Origin: a virus
Lineage: Duplodnaviria; Caudoviricetes
IMG/VR virus record: IMGVR_UViG_3300048856_000141
Location: 1 to 35,785 of that record
Strand: one strand, 5' to 3'
Length of the DNA: 35,785 nucleotides
In this document: one piece after another, positions 26,074 to 34,152 of the stretch
How the letters are laid out: each line of letters starts with the position of its first letter
How positions within the stretch are numbered: position 1 is the first letter of the stretch
Notes under the pieces: generated by a model
The model's input: the letters and a program-made list of their open reading frames with translations, nothing else
What the model was told of the DNA's origin: nothing
Database searches by the model: none
Made by a program: the position numbers and the translations under genes

Positions 26074-26340
26074 ATGAGTAAAGCAGTACAAATCAAAATG
26101 GTAGTAGGCGATACGGAACTGGTATTTGAACCGAACACCACGGCGTTTAATAAGTTTATTAATGAAATGACGATGGAGAATAAAATCGCCCCGGCGAATA
26201 ACTATCTGCGCCGTATTATTTCGGCGGAAAGTAAAGAGTCGCTGGATAAATTGTTGGATGTGCCGGGGGCTGCATTGCAGCTTGTGGAAGCGGTTAATTC
26301 ACAATATGCCCCGAAGCTGGAAATTGATCTAAAAAACTAA
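26074..26340 (+). CDS. Tail assembly chaperone (HP1-type)
   Basis: GAGGAG RBS, FEPNTTAFNKFINEM..NKIAPANNYLRRI..PGAALQL..LEIDLKN. Confidence 0.85.
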   Translation: MSKAVQIKMVVGDTELVFEPNTTAFNKFINEMTMENKIAPANNYLRRIISAESKESLDKLLDVPGAALQLVEAVNSQYAPKLEIDLKN

Positions 26341-26528
26341 CGGCGCGGGTACGCGCTATCGAAAATAACGGGCTGGAGCAGTATTTAATTTTACGGCGTC
26401 ATTATTTACCGCATGAAAATGATGACCCAGAAAATCTGGCCCGCGCCGTATGGCTTGATAATCGTTACTGGGAAAATAACCGCATTGCCGTGGCAAACGG
26501 CATCGCGCTGGCATTAAAAGGCGAATAA
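26331..26528 (+). CDS. Chaperone extension reached by -1 frameshift (not in the ORF track)
   Basis: A-AAA-AAC heptamer at 26331-26337. The -1 frame reads KLTARVRAIENNGLEQYLILRRHYLP..LARAVWLD..VANGIALALKGE* with TAA overlapping the tape-measure ATG. Confidence 0.8.
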   Translation, partial: KKLTARVRAIENNGLEQYLILRRHYLPHENDDPENLARAVWLDNRYWENNRIAVANGIALALKGE

Positions 26529-28507
26529 TGAGTCAAATTGATTTTACGCTCAGCCTGATTAAAAAAATAACAGGCCCGTTAAAGCAGGCGAAGGACGCAA
26601 TGAAAAATTTCGCTGACGCCAGTACTCAGGCGTTTGAAAGAATAAATGCTGGCGTCGGTAACCTGTCCGATACGGGCAGCGCGCTCCAGGGCGCGCTGGC
26701 GCCCGCCATCCAGATGTTTAATGCAATGCAGGAGGCTTCCTCACGCGGCATCAGTAGTGATGCATTGGACCGCATCACTAAGCAGGCGATGGATTTTTCA
26801 ATGCAGTACGGCACCGCCGCCGATGAGTATGTCAAATCATCGGCCGCCATTCACGCATCCATCGGCGGCCTGGCCGATGGCGAACTAACGCGCATAACCC
26901 ATATCGCGAATACCGTCGCCAAAGCGGTGGGCGCCACGGCGGAAGAATCTTCAGCGTTTTATGGGCTGATGTTCAATGAGTTTCGCACCACCGCTGATGA
27001 AATGGGGCGCGTGCAGTTTGCGGAGCAGCTGGCCGGACAGATGGCCTGGCTAAGCAATACCTTCAACACAGGAATGGCCGAGATTCAGAGCCTGATGGCC
27101 GGTACGCACGGCGCCGGCGCGCACTACGGCGTTGCGCTTAATGAACAGCTGGCCGTGCTGGGCGAACTGAACAAAACGTTAGGCAGCGAGGCCAGTAGCG
27201 CTTATGCCAGCTTTCTCAGTAATGCGGTCAGCGGCGCGGAAAAGCTGGGCCTGTCGTTTACCGATACCAACGGCAAATTGCTGGCCATGCCGGATATTCT
27301 GCAAAAGCTACAGGGCAAATACGGGGCGTCAATTAACGGTAATTTAACGGCCCAGGCGGAGCTTGATGCGGCTTTCGGCGACAGTGCGGTCGTGATTAAA
27401 CAGCTATATGGCAACGTTGGCACGCTTCAGCGGTATATCACTGATCTGGGGAGAAACGACGGACTGAACCGCGTACAGGAAATGGCCGCGAATATGACGT
27501 CTCCCTGGGAGCGACTGATCGCCGTCTGGAATGTTATTCGCGCGGCGGTGGGCCTGACGCTGCTGCCGGTGCTGTATCCGCTACTGGACACCATTGCTGA
27601 CGGCGGCCAGCAGTTTGCGATATGGATGGAGATGTTTCCAAACATCGCCCGCGTGGTGGGCTATGCGGTGCTGGCGGTGCTGTCATTCTCGACGGCGGGC
27701 GCGGCGGCAAATGTCGTAATAGGCGTCAGTCAGTTGATGATGATCGGCATCAACGCTCTGTGGAAGGGGCTGACCGCCGTCACGAAAATTTATACCGCAG
27801 CACTGTGGGTGGCACGCACTGCGGTGGTCGCATGGAATGCCGTGCTGACCGTGCTGCGCGGCGTGCTGCTGGCGGTACGTATCGCGGCTGTGCTGGCCGG
27901 CGTTTCCATCAATTTTATGAGCTGGCCAATTCTGTTAATTATCGGTGCTATCGCACTGCTGGCGGCGGGCTGTTATCTGCTGATTACGCACTGGGATGAG
28001 GTTAAAGCCGCGGTGATGAACACCGCCGCGTTTCAGGTCCTGGTGAGCTATATCAACTATGTGGCGGGCGTATTCAGCGCTATCTGGAACGGCATCGCCG
28101 CAGGCTGGAACTGGGTGTGTGAGCAGTTTGAAGGCGTTTCGCCGCTGGAAGGGCTGGCGAACGTCGGCGCAGGCATCGGCAACGTGTTCGGCAATCTCTG
28201 GAACTGGCTGAAAGGCGCATTTTCAGAAACCTACAGCTGGATTGTGGACAAGCTGAACATGCTGCCGGGCATCAACATCAAAGCGTCAGCGATTTCCGAC
28301 GGCGGCAGCAGTAAACCGACAATTACGCCGGAGGCGCTGCTGGGGGGCAAGGTGCGCGGCATCGGGCGCGGCGGGCTGGCCGGTGACATCAGCAACAGCC
28401 GCTCGGCGGTGACCGACAACAGCAGAACCATCGGCAGCGTGACGATTAATACTGGCGACGGCATGACGCCGGGCAGGCTAATGGAATGGCAGGAATTAAT
28501 GGTATGA
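26528..28507 (+). CDS. Tape measure protein (659 aa)
   Basis: IDFTLSLI..ITGPLKQ start, EQLAVLG, DKLNMLPGINI, ends EWQEL. Confidence 0.9.
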   Translation: MSQIDFTLSLIKKITGPLKQAKDAMKNFADASTQAFERINAGVGNLSDTGSALQGALAPAIQMFNAMQEASSRGISSDALDRITKQAMDFSMQYGTAADEYVKSSAAIHASIGGLADGELTRITHIANTVAKAVGATAEESSAFYGLMFNEFRTTADEMGRVQFAEQLAGQMAWLSNTFNTGMAEIQSLMAGTHGAGAHYGVALNEQLAVLGELNKTLGSEASSAYASFLSNAVSGAEKLGLSFTDTNGKLLAMPDILQKLQGKYGASINGNLTAQAELDAAFGDSAVVIKQLYGNVGTLQRYITDLGRNDGLNRVQEMAANMTSPWERLIAVWNVIRAAVGLTLLPVLYPLLDTIADGGQQFAIWMEMFPNIARVVGYAVLAVLSFSTAGAAANVVIGVSQLMMIGINALWKGLTAVTKIYTAALWVARTAVVAWNAVLTVLRGVLLAVRIAAVLAGVSINFMSWPILLIIGAIALLAAGCYLLITHWDEVKAAVMNTAAFQVLVSYINYVAGVFSAIWNGIAAGWNWVCEQFEGVSPLEGLANVGAGIGNVFGNLWNWLKGAFSETYSWIVDKLNMLPGINIKASAISDGGSSKPTITPEALLGGKVRGIGRGGLAGDISNSRSAVTDNSRTIGSVTINTGDGMTPGRLMEWQELMV

Positions 28508-28833
28508 CGGAACCCCTCTATATCGATTTGTTAATCACCGAGCGTGATTTCACGCTGAACGCGGGCGCTGAGCCGGAACTGTGCAACAACCGCGTGAGCG
28601 TGGGGCAGGACATTGTCCACGCGATTATTGAAAGCGGCCTGACCACGCGCCTGGTCGCTGAACGCAGCCCGGTGTTACGCGCGGATATTATCACGCAGAT
28701 GGTGCTGCTGATTGAAGATGATGATCGCATCATTCCCGGCACCGTCACCATCAGGGAGGAATCCGCCACAAGGCTGTGGATGACTGCCGAAACCTATGAT
28801 TTTGGGCGCATTTCAATGGGAGCTGACGTATGA
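28504..28833 (+). CDS. Baseplate wedge gp25-like protein (DUF2590-like)
   Basis: YIDLLI..DF.L..G.EP..QDIVHAIIESGL..L.AERSP..ED.RIIPG..AETYDFG. Confidence 0.82.
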   Translation: MTEPLYIDLLITERDFTLNAGAEPELCNNRVSVGQDIVHAIIESGLTTRLVAERSPVLRADIITQMVLLIEDDDRIIPGTVTIREESATRLWMTAETYDFGRISMGADV

Positions 28834-30014
28834 CGGAACGTCCGGTAGTGGATTTTGAAAAGGTACTTTCCGACAGTGGAATGCCGATCGCTGAAGAGGC
28901 GATCAAAGCGGAATTTCAGTCCATCGTAAAGGCGGAAGGGCTGATTACCAACACCTCGCGCATGTCACCTTTCTGGCGTCTGATTACGGCCATCGTTATC
29001 GCGCCGGTCATGCGAATTAAAGAGGTGCTGGTCACCGGCGTGTTGGCGAATATGTTCGTCGCCACCGCCAGCGGACAGATGCTGCGGCTGCTGGCGTGGG
29101 GCGTCAATCTCACGGCGAAGCCCGCAGCGAAAGCGGGCGGCGTAATCCGTTTTTTCAAGACGGACACAAAACAGACGGTAACGGTTAACGCCGGAACGGT
29201 GATTCAGACGGAACGCATTAACGGCATGGTGTACGCGCTGAACGTCACGGCAGATACGACGATTGCGGCGGGCGATGCGGATGCGCTGGTGCCGGTAGAA
29301 GCGGTGGACGCGGGCGGTGCGTACAACCTTGCGCCCGGCTATTACCGCATTCTGCCGGTTGCCGTGGCCGGTATTTCACACGCGGTGAATGAAGATGACT
29401 GGCTGCTGTCGCCGGGCGCGGATGAGGAGTCCGACGATGAGCTACGCGAGCGTATCCGTAATCAATTTAACCTGACCGGCAACTATCACACAGATGCGGC
29501 GTACCGTTCGATGATTGCGGCGGTGGCCGGGCTGAGCATTGACCGTATCTACTTTGAGCATGATGCGCCACGGGGCCCAGGTACGGCGAATGCGTATCTT
29601 CTGCTGGACAGCGGCGAGGCGTCACAGCCGTTCGTCGACGCGGTAAACCGCTACATCAACGATGAAGGCCACCACGGCCACGGTGACGATATGCAGTGCT
29701 TTGCGATGCCGGAAACGCAGCATGAGCTGACCGTCACGGCGTATATCGTTAACCCCGATAACCTGAGCGACGAAGCCCGCGCCGCGCTGCGGAGTGGTAT
29801 AGAAAATCTGGTACGCAGCGCGTTTCGGGAGAACACGGATTATGACGTCATGCGCACCTGGCCGCACAGTCGTTTTTCCTTTTCACGCCTGGGCCAGGAG
29901 CTGCACGCCACGTTTCCGGATATTGATTCGCTGGCCTTTTCGCTGGACGACATCGTCAGTGAACTGAGCGTGCCGCGTCTGAAGTCCTTAACGGTGGAGA
30001 TTGAAAGTGCCTGA
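28830..30014 (+). CDS. Baseplate J/gp47 family protein
   Basis: NTSRMSPFWRLI, PGADEESDDELRER, APRGPGTAN, GHHGHGDD. Confidence 0.9.
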   Translation: MTERPVVDFEKVLSDSGMPIAEEAIKAEFQSIVKAEGLITNTSRMSPFWRLITAIVIAPVMRIKEVLVTGVLANMFVATASGQMLRLLAWGVNLTAKPAAKAGGVIRFFKTDTKQTVTVNAGTVIQTERINGMVYALNVTADTTIAAGDADALVPVEAVDAGGAYNLAPGYYRILPVAVAGISHAVNEDDWLLSPGADEESDDELRERIRNQFNLTGNYHTDAAYRSMIAAVAGLSIDRIYFEHDAPRGPGTANAYLLLDSGEASQPFVDAVNRYINDEGHHGHGDDMQCFAMPETQHELTVTAYIVNPDNLSDEARAALRSGIENLVRSAFRENTDYDVMRTWPHSRFSFSRLGQELHATFPDIDSLAFSLDDIVSELSVPRLKSLTVEIESA

Positions 30015-30579
30015 TTTTGAAAAAATTAAGCTGCCGTCGTGGATGGATCAGGGCGAACCGGCCCGTCTGCTACGCGCCTGCCGGGTGTTCTGGCGCAACG
30101 TGCTGGCGTGGGTGAACTGGCCGCTGCAGCAGCTGGACCCGCTCACCTGCGCGGAACCGCTGCTGAACCTGCTGGCGTATGAGCGCGACATTACCCGCTT
30201 TAACGGCGAGCCGCTGAGCCTGTTTCGTAAACGCGTGGCCTATGCGTTTGTTAATGCGCGGGACGCCGGTTCCGTAGCGGGATTTATCAGCATTTTTGAG
30301 CGGCTGGGCATTGGTTATGCGGAGCTGCTGGAGCGGCAGGAGGGCATTGACTGGGACGTGATCCTGGTGCGCGTCACGGATAGTCAGATTTCCTCAAACG
30401 CGCAGCTGCTGCTGGAGATTATCCGGCAGTACGGACGCACCTGCCGCCGCTATCAGTTCGAAGTGATGACGGTCAACGGGCTGGCGCTGCGGGCGGGCTG
30501 GGATCAGGGCGAATATATCTGCTACCCGGCGCGGTTGGCAGGAACGGAACATAACGCGATGTTTGGTGCAAAAATTTAA
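30007..30579 (+). CDS. Tail protein I-like
   Basis: KLPSWMDQGE, QLDPLTC..LL.LLAYERDI, NARDAGS, YGRTCRRY. The start could also be TTG 30001. Confidence 0.85.
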   Translation: MPDFEKIKLPSWMDQGEPARLLRACRVFWRNVLAWVNWPLQQLDPLTCAEPLLNLLAYERDITRFNGEPLSLFRKRVAYAFVNARDAGSVAGFISIFERLGIGYAELLERQEGIDWDVILVRVTDSQISSNAQLLLEIIRQYGRTCRRYQFEVMTVNGLALRAGWDQGEYICYPARLAGTEHNAMFGAKI

Positions 30580-30588
30580 GGACAAGGA

Positions 30589-32340
30589 ATGAGTCAGACA
30601 GTAATTACAGCCGAATTTGAGCAGTGGAAAGCGCAGCAGGCCGTGAGCGGCGAGGCCATCACACTGGATGAGTTTGTTTTTGCGAACGTGCCGGATCTCG
30701 ATACCGATGCGCCGATTGACCGCGCCGAAGGGCTGCCGGACGCCGCGCTGATTGTGCATCGCCAGGCTGTGAGCCGCACGGGCGTAGTGAATGAAAATGG
30801 TGTGGTCTATTCCGTGGTGCTGGGTGCGGATACCGGGGATTTTGCCTTTAACTGGATTGGCCTGGTGAATAAAGCCAGCGGCACCGTGGCGATGATTGTT
30901 CATGCGCCGCTCCAGCAGAAAATCAAAACCACGGCCGGCCAGCAGGGTAACGTGCTGACGCGCTCGTTTCTGCTGGAATTCAACGGCGCCCAGGCGGAAA
31001 CGGCTATCAATACGCCAGCAGAGACCTGGCAGATTGATTTCACCGCGCGCATGGCGGGGATGGATGAGCGTCAGCGGCTGGAGAATATCGACATTTACGG
31101 TGCCGGAGCGTTTTTTGATAAAGGCTGGCTGGTCGTTAAAAGCGGCGCTCAGTATTCCGTCACCAAAGGCGTGGGCTATGTGGCCGGGCTGCGGGCTGCG
31201 CTGGCAGAAAATCAGGATATTACGGTAACGAAAAAGCCGGTAACGGTCTGGCTGGATGTCTGTTGGCGCGGCACGCTGACCAGCCGCTGGGCGGTGGAAA
31301 GCAAAATAACCGTTGCTGACAGCCTGGCGGATTATGAAAAAGATGGCGTTAAGCATTATGTTTTTGCGCTGGCGAGTATTGATGCGGACGGGAACGTTAC
31401 CGATTTGCGCCCGAAAGGGGCGCTGAGCGAGCAGCAGGCCGCAAGTGATTATCTGCGGAAAGATAAAAATCTGGCTGATGTGTCTGATCCGGCTAAAGCC
31501 TTGGCTAATATTGGCGGAGTTTCAAAATCGACCACGATTAACGGCTACCCGCTATCCGGCAATGTAGCCGTGACCCCTGCGGATGTGTTCGGTGGCACCG
31601 TCCAGATCCGGCCTTCAACTGATTTAAATACACTCACAACGCCTGGCCTGTATTTTCAGCCCGCGAACGCTGACGCGGCTAGCGGGAAAAACTATCCTGA
31701 AGCGAGCGCCGGTTCGTTAATCGTGACCAAACACGCGGGAATGTCGCAAATCTACATTATCTATCTCACTGGCGTTATTTATAGTCGCGGTTTATATAAC
31801 GGGGCATGGTCGGGCTGGCGGCGCATGGCAAGCACAACTGGTGATACTTTCAACGGCGAAATTAAGCTGAATGGAATGAATTGCCTACGCCTATACAACG
31901 GCGATTATGGTCTTATTATGCGCCGTTCGGAAAATAATTTTTATATGATTCCAACGCCGCAGGGCCAGGCCGCTAATGGCGATATTAGCGGGTCGCTGCG
32001 ACCATTTATGATCGAGCTGGCTAATGGCAAAGTCACGATGAACAATGGGGTAACCGTTGGTCAATTCTTGATCGTAAACGGCAATGTGAACATTAATGGC
32101 CAAATTATACCCAGCAATTGGAGCAACTTGGATGCCCGCTACCAATTAAAAACCGGCACAGTTCAACAAGTACGCCTGGGGGCCGCAAAAGACGTATCAA
32201 ATGGTAACGGTAATTTGGCAGACCAGTCCGGCTATGTAGTGACAATGGGCGGGGATTTTGGCTCGGATAACGGTTATTACAGACTGCGCCCTATTCAATA
32301 TCTAATTAACGGAACGTGGCACAATGCCGTTTCTGCGTAA
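30589..32340 (+). CDS. Tail fibre of element 2 (583 aa)
   Basis: Collar-fibre N-terminus (LDEFVFANVP, GDFAFNWIGL, TWQIDFTAR). DLNTLTTPGLYFQ..NYPEA.AGSL knob repeat. Ends RPIQYLINGTWHN. Confidence 0.9.
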   Translation: MSQTVITAEFEQWKAQQAVSGEAITLDEFVFANVPDLDTDAPIDRAEGLPDAALIVHRQAVSRTGVVNENGVVYSVVLGADTGDFAFNWIGLVNKASGTVAMIVHAPLQQKIKTTAGQQGNVLTRSFLLEFNGAQAETAINTPAETWQIDFTARMAGMDERQRLENIDIYGAGAFFDKGWLVVKSGAQYSVTKGVGYVAGLRAALAENQDITVTKKPVTVWLDVCWRGTLTSRWAVESKITVADSLADYEKDGVKHYVFALASIDADGNVTDLRPKGALSEQQAASDYLRKDKNLADVSDPAKALANIGGVSKSTTINGYPLSGNVAVTPADVFGGTVQIRPSTDLNTLTTPGLYFQPANADAASGKNYPEASAGSLIVTKHAGMSQIYIIYLTGVIYSRGLYNGAWSGWRRMASTTGDTFNGEIKLNGMNCLRLYNGDYGLIMRRSENNFYMIPTPQGQAANGDISGSLRPFMIELANGKVTMNNGVTVGQFLIVNGNVNINGQIIPSNWSNLDARYQLKTGTVQQVRLGAAKDVSNGNGNLADQSGYVVTMGGDFGSDNGYYRLRPIQYLINGTWHNAVSA

Positions 32341-32350
32341 AGGGAATTAT

Positions 32351-32893
32351 ATGAGTATTTATAAAAATTTTTCTTTATATACTCCTGATGATGAAGAAAG
32401 AGCCGCTTTATCCGCACAAGGATACACTTTTTATAAAGATGAATGTGGGGGGGATTGGTACGACATTCAAAAAGAGTTTTCAGAGGACACGCTGAAAATA
32501 GCTTACGCGGCCGACGGGCGGATTGACTCAGCATCTTTTGATGTGACGGCTCTTGTGCCTGTAGGGTTATCAGTTGCTGAGATCGAAAAAGATACCATTC
32601 CTGATGGGTTTTGGGATGGCGGACGCTGGGTCTTTGATGGTACGAATATTGTGGCGTATCAGCTTACGCCGAATGAAGTCATTGCGGCAGCAGGCGCGAC
32701 TAAATCGTCGCTGATGGCAGTAGCAAATGAAGCTATTACACCGCTGCAGGATGCAGTTGATTTAGAGATAGCGACCGATAACGAAATCGTATTACTGGCA
32801 GAGTGGAAAAGGTACCGTGTTTTACTGAATCGCGTTGATGTCACTGCCGCGCCGAATATTACCTGGCCGGAGTTGCCTGACGATGTGGCGTAA
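32351..32893 (+). CDS. Tail fibre assembly protein
   Basis: DECGGDWY, TLKIAY, ITPLQDAVDL.IAT..E...L.EWKRYRVLLNRVD...P.I.WPE.P. Confidence 0.9.
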   Translation: MSIYKNFSLYTPDDEERAALSAQGYTFYKDECGGDWYDIQKEFSEDTLKIAYAADGRIDSASFDVTALVPVGLSVAEIEKDTIPDGFWDGGRWVFDGTNIVAYQLTPNEVIAAAGATKSSLMAVANEAITPLQDAVDLEIATDNEIVLLAEWKRYRVLLNRVDVTAAPNITWPELPDDVA

Positions 32894-33605
32894 AGCGCGA
32901 CTGGCGTTTGCTGACGGCGTGGCCGCGCTGCGCTGTTCAGTCGTTCCCGCGCATCCGTGGATTTACGGGCTGGGGCAGCCTGCTGAAACCGGCGTTTATC
33001 TCAGCCCGCAAAACGCCGTGAATTATCTGGCCGGAAAGCTGTCCGGTCAGGCAGACTCCGCTGACGTGGTGGTTTTTATGGTCAGCGCCGATACGCACCC
33101 GGAATTTATGCAGAGCCTGGACGCGATGGCGTCCGTTTTCCCGGTTCCGGCGTTCACGCAGGTACGGCGCCAGGCACAGGCGGCGGCAGAGCTGGCGGTG
33201 ACGCGAATGCAGATCCCGGCAAAAGCGGCAAACGCGCTGCCCGCCGCGCAGCCGCTGTCAGTATCAACCAGCCGTCAGGCCCTTAACGCTGCACGCATTG
33301 CGGCGGCAAAAGCGGAAGCGGGCGCCGGGGCGAGCCTTTCCGGCATGGCTGACGCACTGGCCAGCTTCAGCAAGGCGCGGGAGTCAGCGCTGGCGGGCAT
33401 TAACGATGCGCTGAACGGCCTGAAAGGCAAAAACGCGGACGCGTGGGTATTTACCGGCTCCGGCAGTCTCAACACGCTGGCCACGGCAATGCTGCGGGAT
33501 ATTCCTGCGGCATCGTCTGTTTACTGCGTGGCGGTGATGTTTGTGGGCGAGCTGGCTTCATTAAGGACGATGATTCATGACACAGATAATTACCCTGGCG
33601 CTTGA
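32883..33605 (+). CDS. Conserved HP1-type tail/baseplate protein
   Basis: VVPAHPWIYGLG..G.YLSP.NA..YLA.KL. First of the three terminal genes of HP1-like tail modules. Confidence 0.7.
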   Translation: MWRKARLAFADGVAALRCSVVPAHPWIYGLGQPAETGVYLSPQNAVNYLAGKLSGQADSADVVVFMVSADTHPEFMQSLDAMASVFPVPAFTQVRRQAQAAAELAVTRMQIPAKAANALPAAQPLSVSTSRQALNAARIAAAKAEAGAGASLSGMADALASFSKARESALAGINDALNGLKGKNADAWVFTGSGSLNTLATAMLRDIPAASSVYCVAVMFVGELASLRTMIHDTDNYPGA

Positions 33606-34152
33606 TGGTGAAGCGGTGCCGCTAAAGGATATGAAAGTCTCTGTCACCATGCAGTATCAGGAGAAGGACCAGAGCGGCCAGTCATCCAGTACCGCAAATG
33701 CAGAGCAGGGCATCAAGGCCAAAGAAATGCGCGTGTCCGGTCTGATCCCGTTCAGCAAACCGGAGATTTTACGCCGCCTGTTTGAGCTGGGTTCTGCCAC
33801 CGGCGATAACGGAAACCTGAAGATTTACCGCGTGGCCAACATGACTGCATCAGCAGTAAATTTCCGTGAGGCGACATTTACCGGGCAGATTGATGCGCCG
33901 CAGCAGGACGGGAAAATGGCCTGGCTGGTCTCGTTTACGCTGCGTGAATACGTCAGCGTGCCGGAGAAAAAACAGGCCCGCGCCGACAGTAAAATCACCG
34001 CAAAAGCGCAGGAGCAAAACGGCACAGCGAAAGCGGCTGGCGCAACCAGCGATGAGGAAAACCAGCGCATGTCATGGTTTGAGCGCAACGTGCTGAAGCC
34101 GACTGACGCCGCACTGGGTAAAGTCTTCGGGGGTGACAATGCGGCCAGTTAA
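33577..34152 (+). CDS. HP1-type baseplate protein
   Basis: LALDGE, KDQSGQSSST..AEQGIKAKE, AWLVSFTLRE..SVPEK. Confidence 0.72.
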   Translation: MTQIITLALDGEAVPLKDMKVSVTMQYQEKDQSGQSSSTANAEQGIKAKEMRVSGLIPFSKPEILRRLFELGSATGDNGNLKIYRVANMTASAVNFREATFTGQIDAPQQDGKMAWLVSFTLREYVSVPEKKQARADSKITAKAQEQNGTAKAAGATSDEENQRMSWFERNVLKPTDAALGKVFGGDNAAS

